NCBI GenBank assembly: GCA_963845065.1
Contig: CAWJQQ010000001.1
Span: 1,056,001 to 1,120,000 of the forward strand
Length of the DNA stretch: 64,000 nucleotides
From: Nitrospirota bacterium
Lineage (GTDB): Bacteria > Nitrospirota > UBA9217
Direction: 5' to 3'
Of the stretch, positions 63,884 to 64,000 are shown piece by piece (the first letter of the stretch is position 1; every line of letters starts with the position of its first letter). The notes under the pieces were generated by a model that was not told the origin of the DNA, searched no databases, and was given only the letters and a program-made list of their open reading frames with translations. A program made the position numbers and the translations under genes.

Positions 63884-64000
63884 GTGGTACAACGTGACCT
63901 CTTATCCGGCAGAAAAATATTGCTAGGAGTAACCGGCAGTATCGCCGCATACAAGGCAGTTGAGATTGTGCGCAGGCTCAGGGACAGAGGGGCCGAAGTC
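63884..64000 (+). CDS. coaBC: CoaBC (partial, runs off window)
   Basis: [25 protein letters not shown]. Confidence 0.9.
   Translation, partial: MVQRDLLSGRKILLGVTGSIAAYKAVEIVRRLRDRGAEV

Overview
A bacterial chromosomal segment. Gene content and the extended RpoZ suggest Nitrospirota, but this is inference only. Housekeeping blocks: tRNA-Val-thrS-infC-rpmI-rplT, a cell-wall amidase, frameshifted prfB, metK-ahcY, tldD-mogA, glk-lepA-lepB-yicC-remA-gmk-rpoZ-coaBC. Between them lie katG, a corrinoid uptake/salvage locus under two cobalamin riboswitches (with a broken cbiB), a SorAB-type sulfite dehydrogenase plus cytochrome c, a group 1 [NiFe]-hydrogenase operon with a HypC-HypA fusion, and a heme-c-motif sensor kinase with a sigma54 regulator. 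Mobile DNA is dense and nested: three related ~505-517 aa IS200/IS605 TnpB elements, two decayed TnpBs of another clade, an IS30 relic, an IS481-like MITE, a mini group IIC intron and an attC-like site. The highlight is an IS110/IS1111 element (5225-6943) inserted in a tnpB gene. Its ends, CT core and circle-junction promoter are readable in the sequence, as is a two-loop bridge RNA whose guides match both the insertion target and the element's own donor junction.
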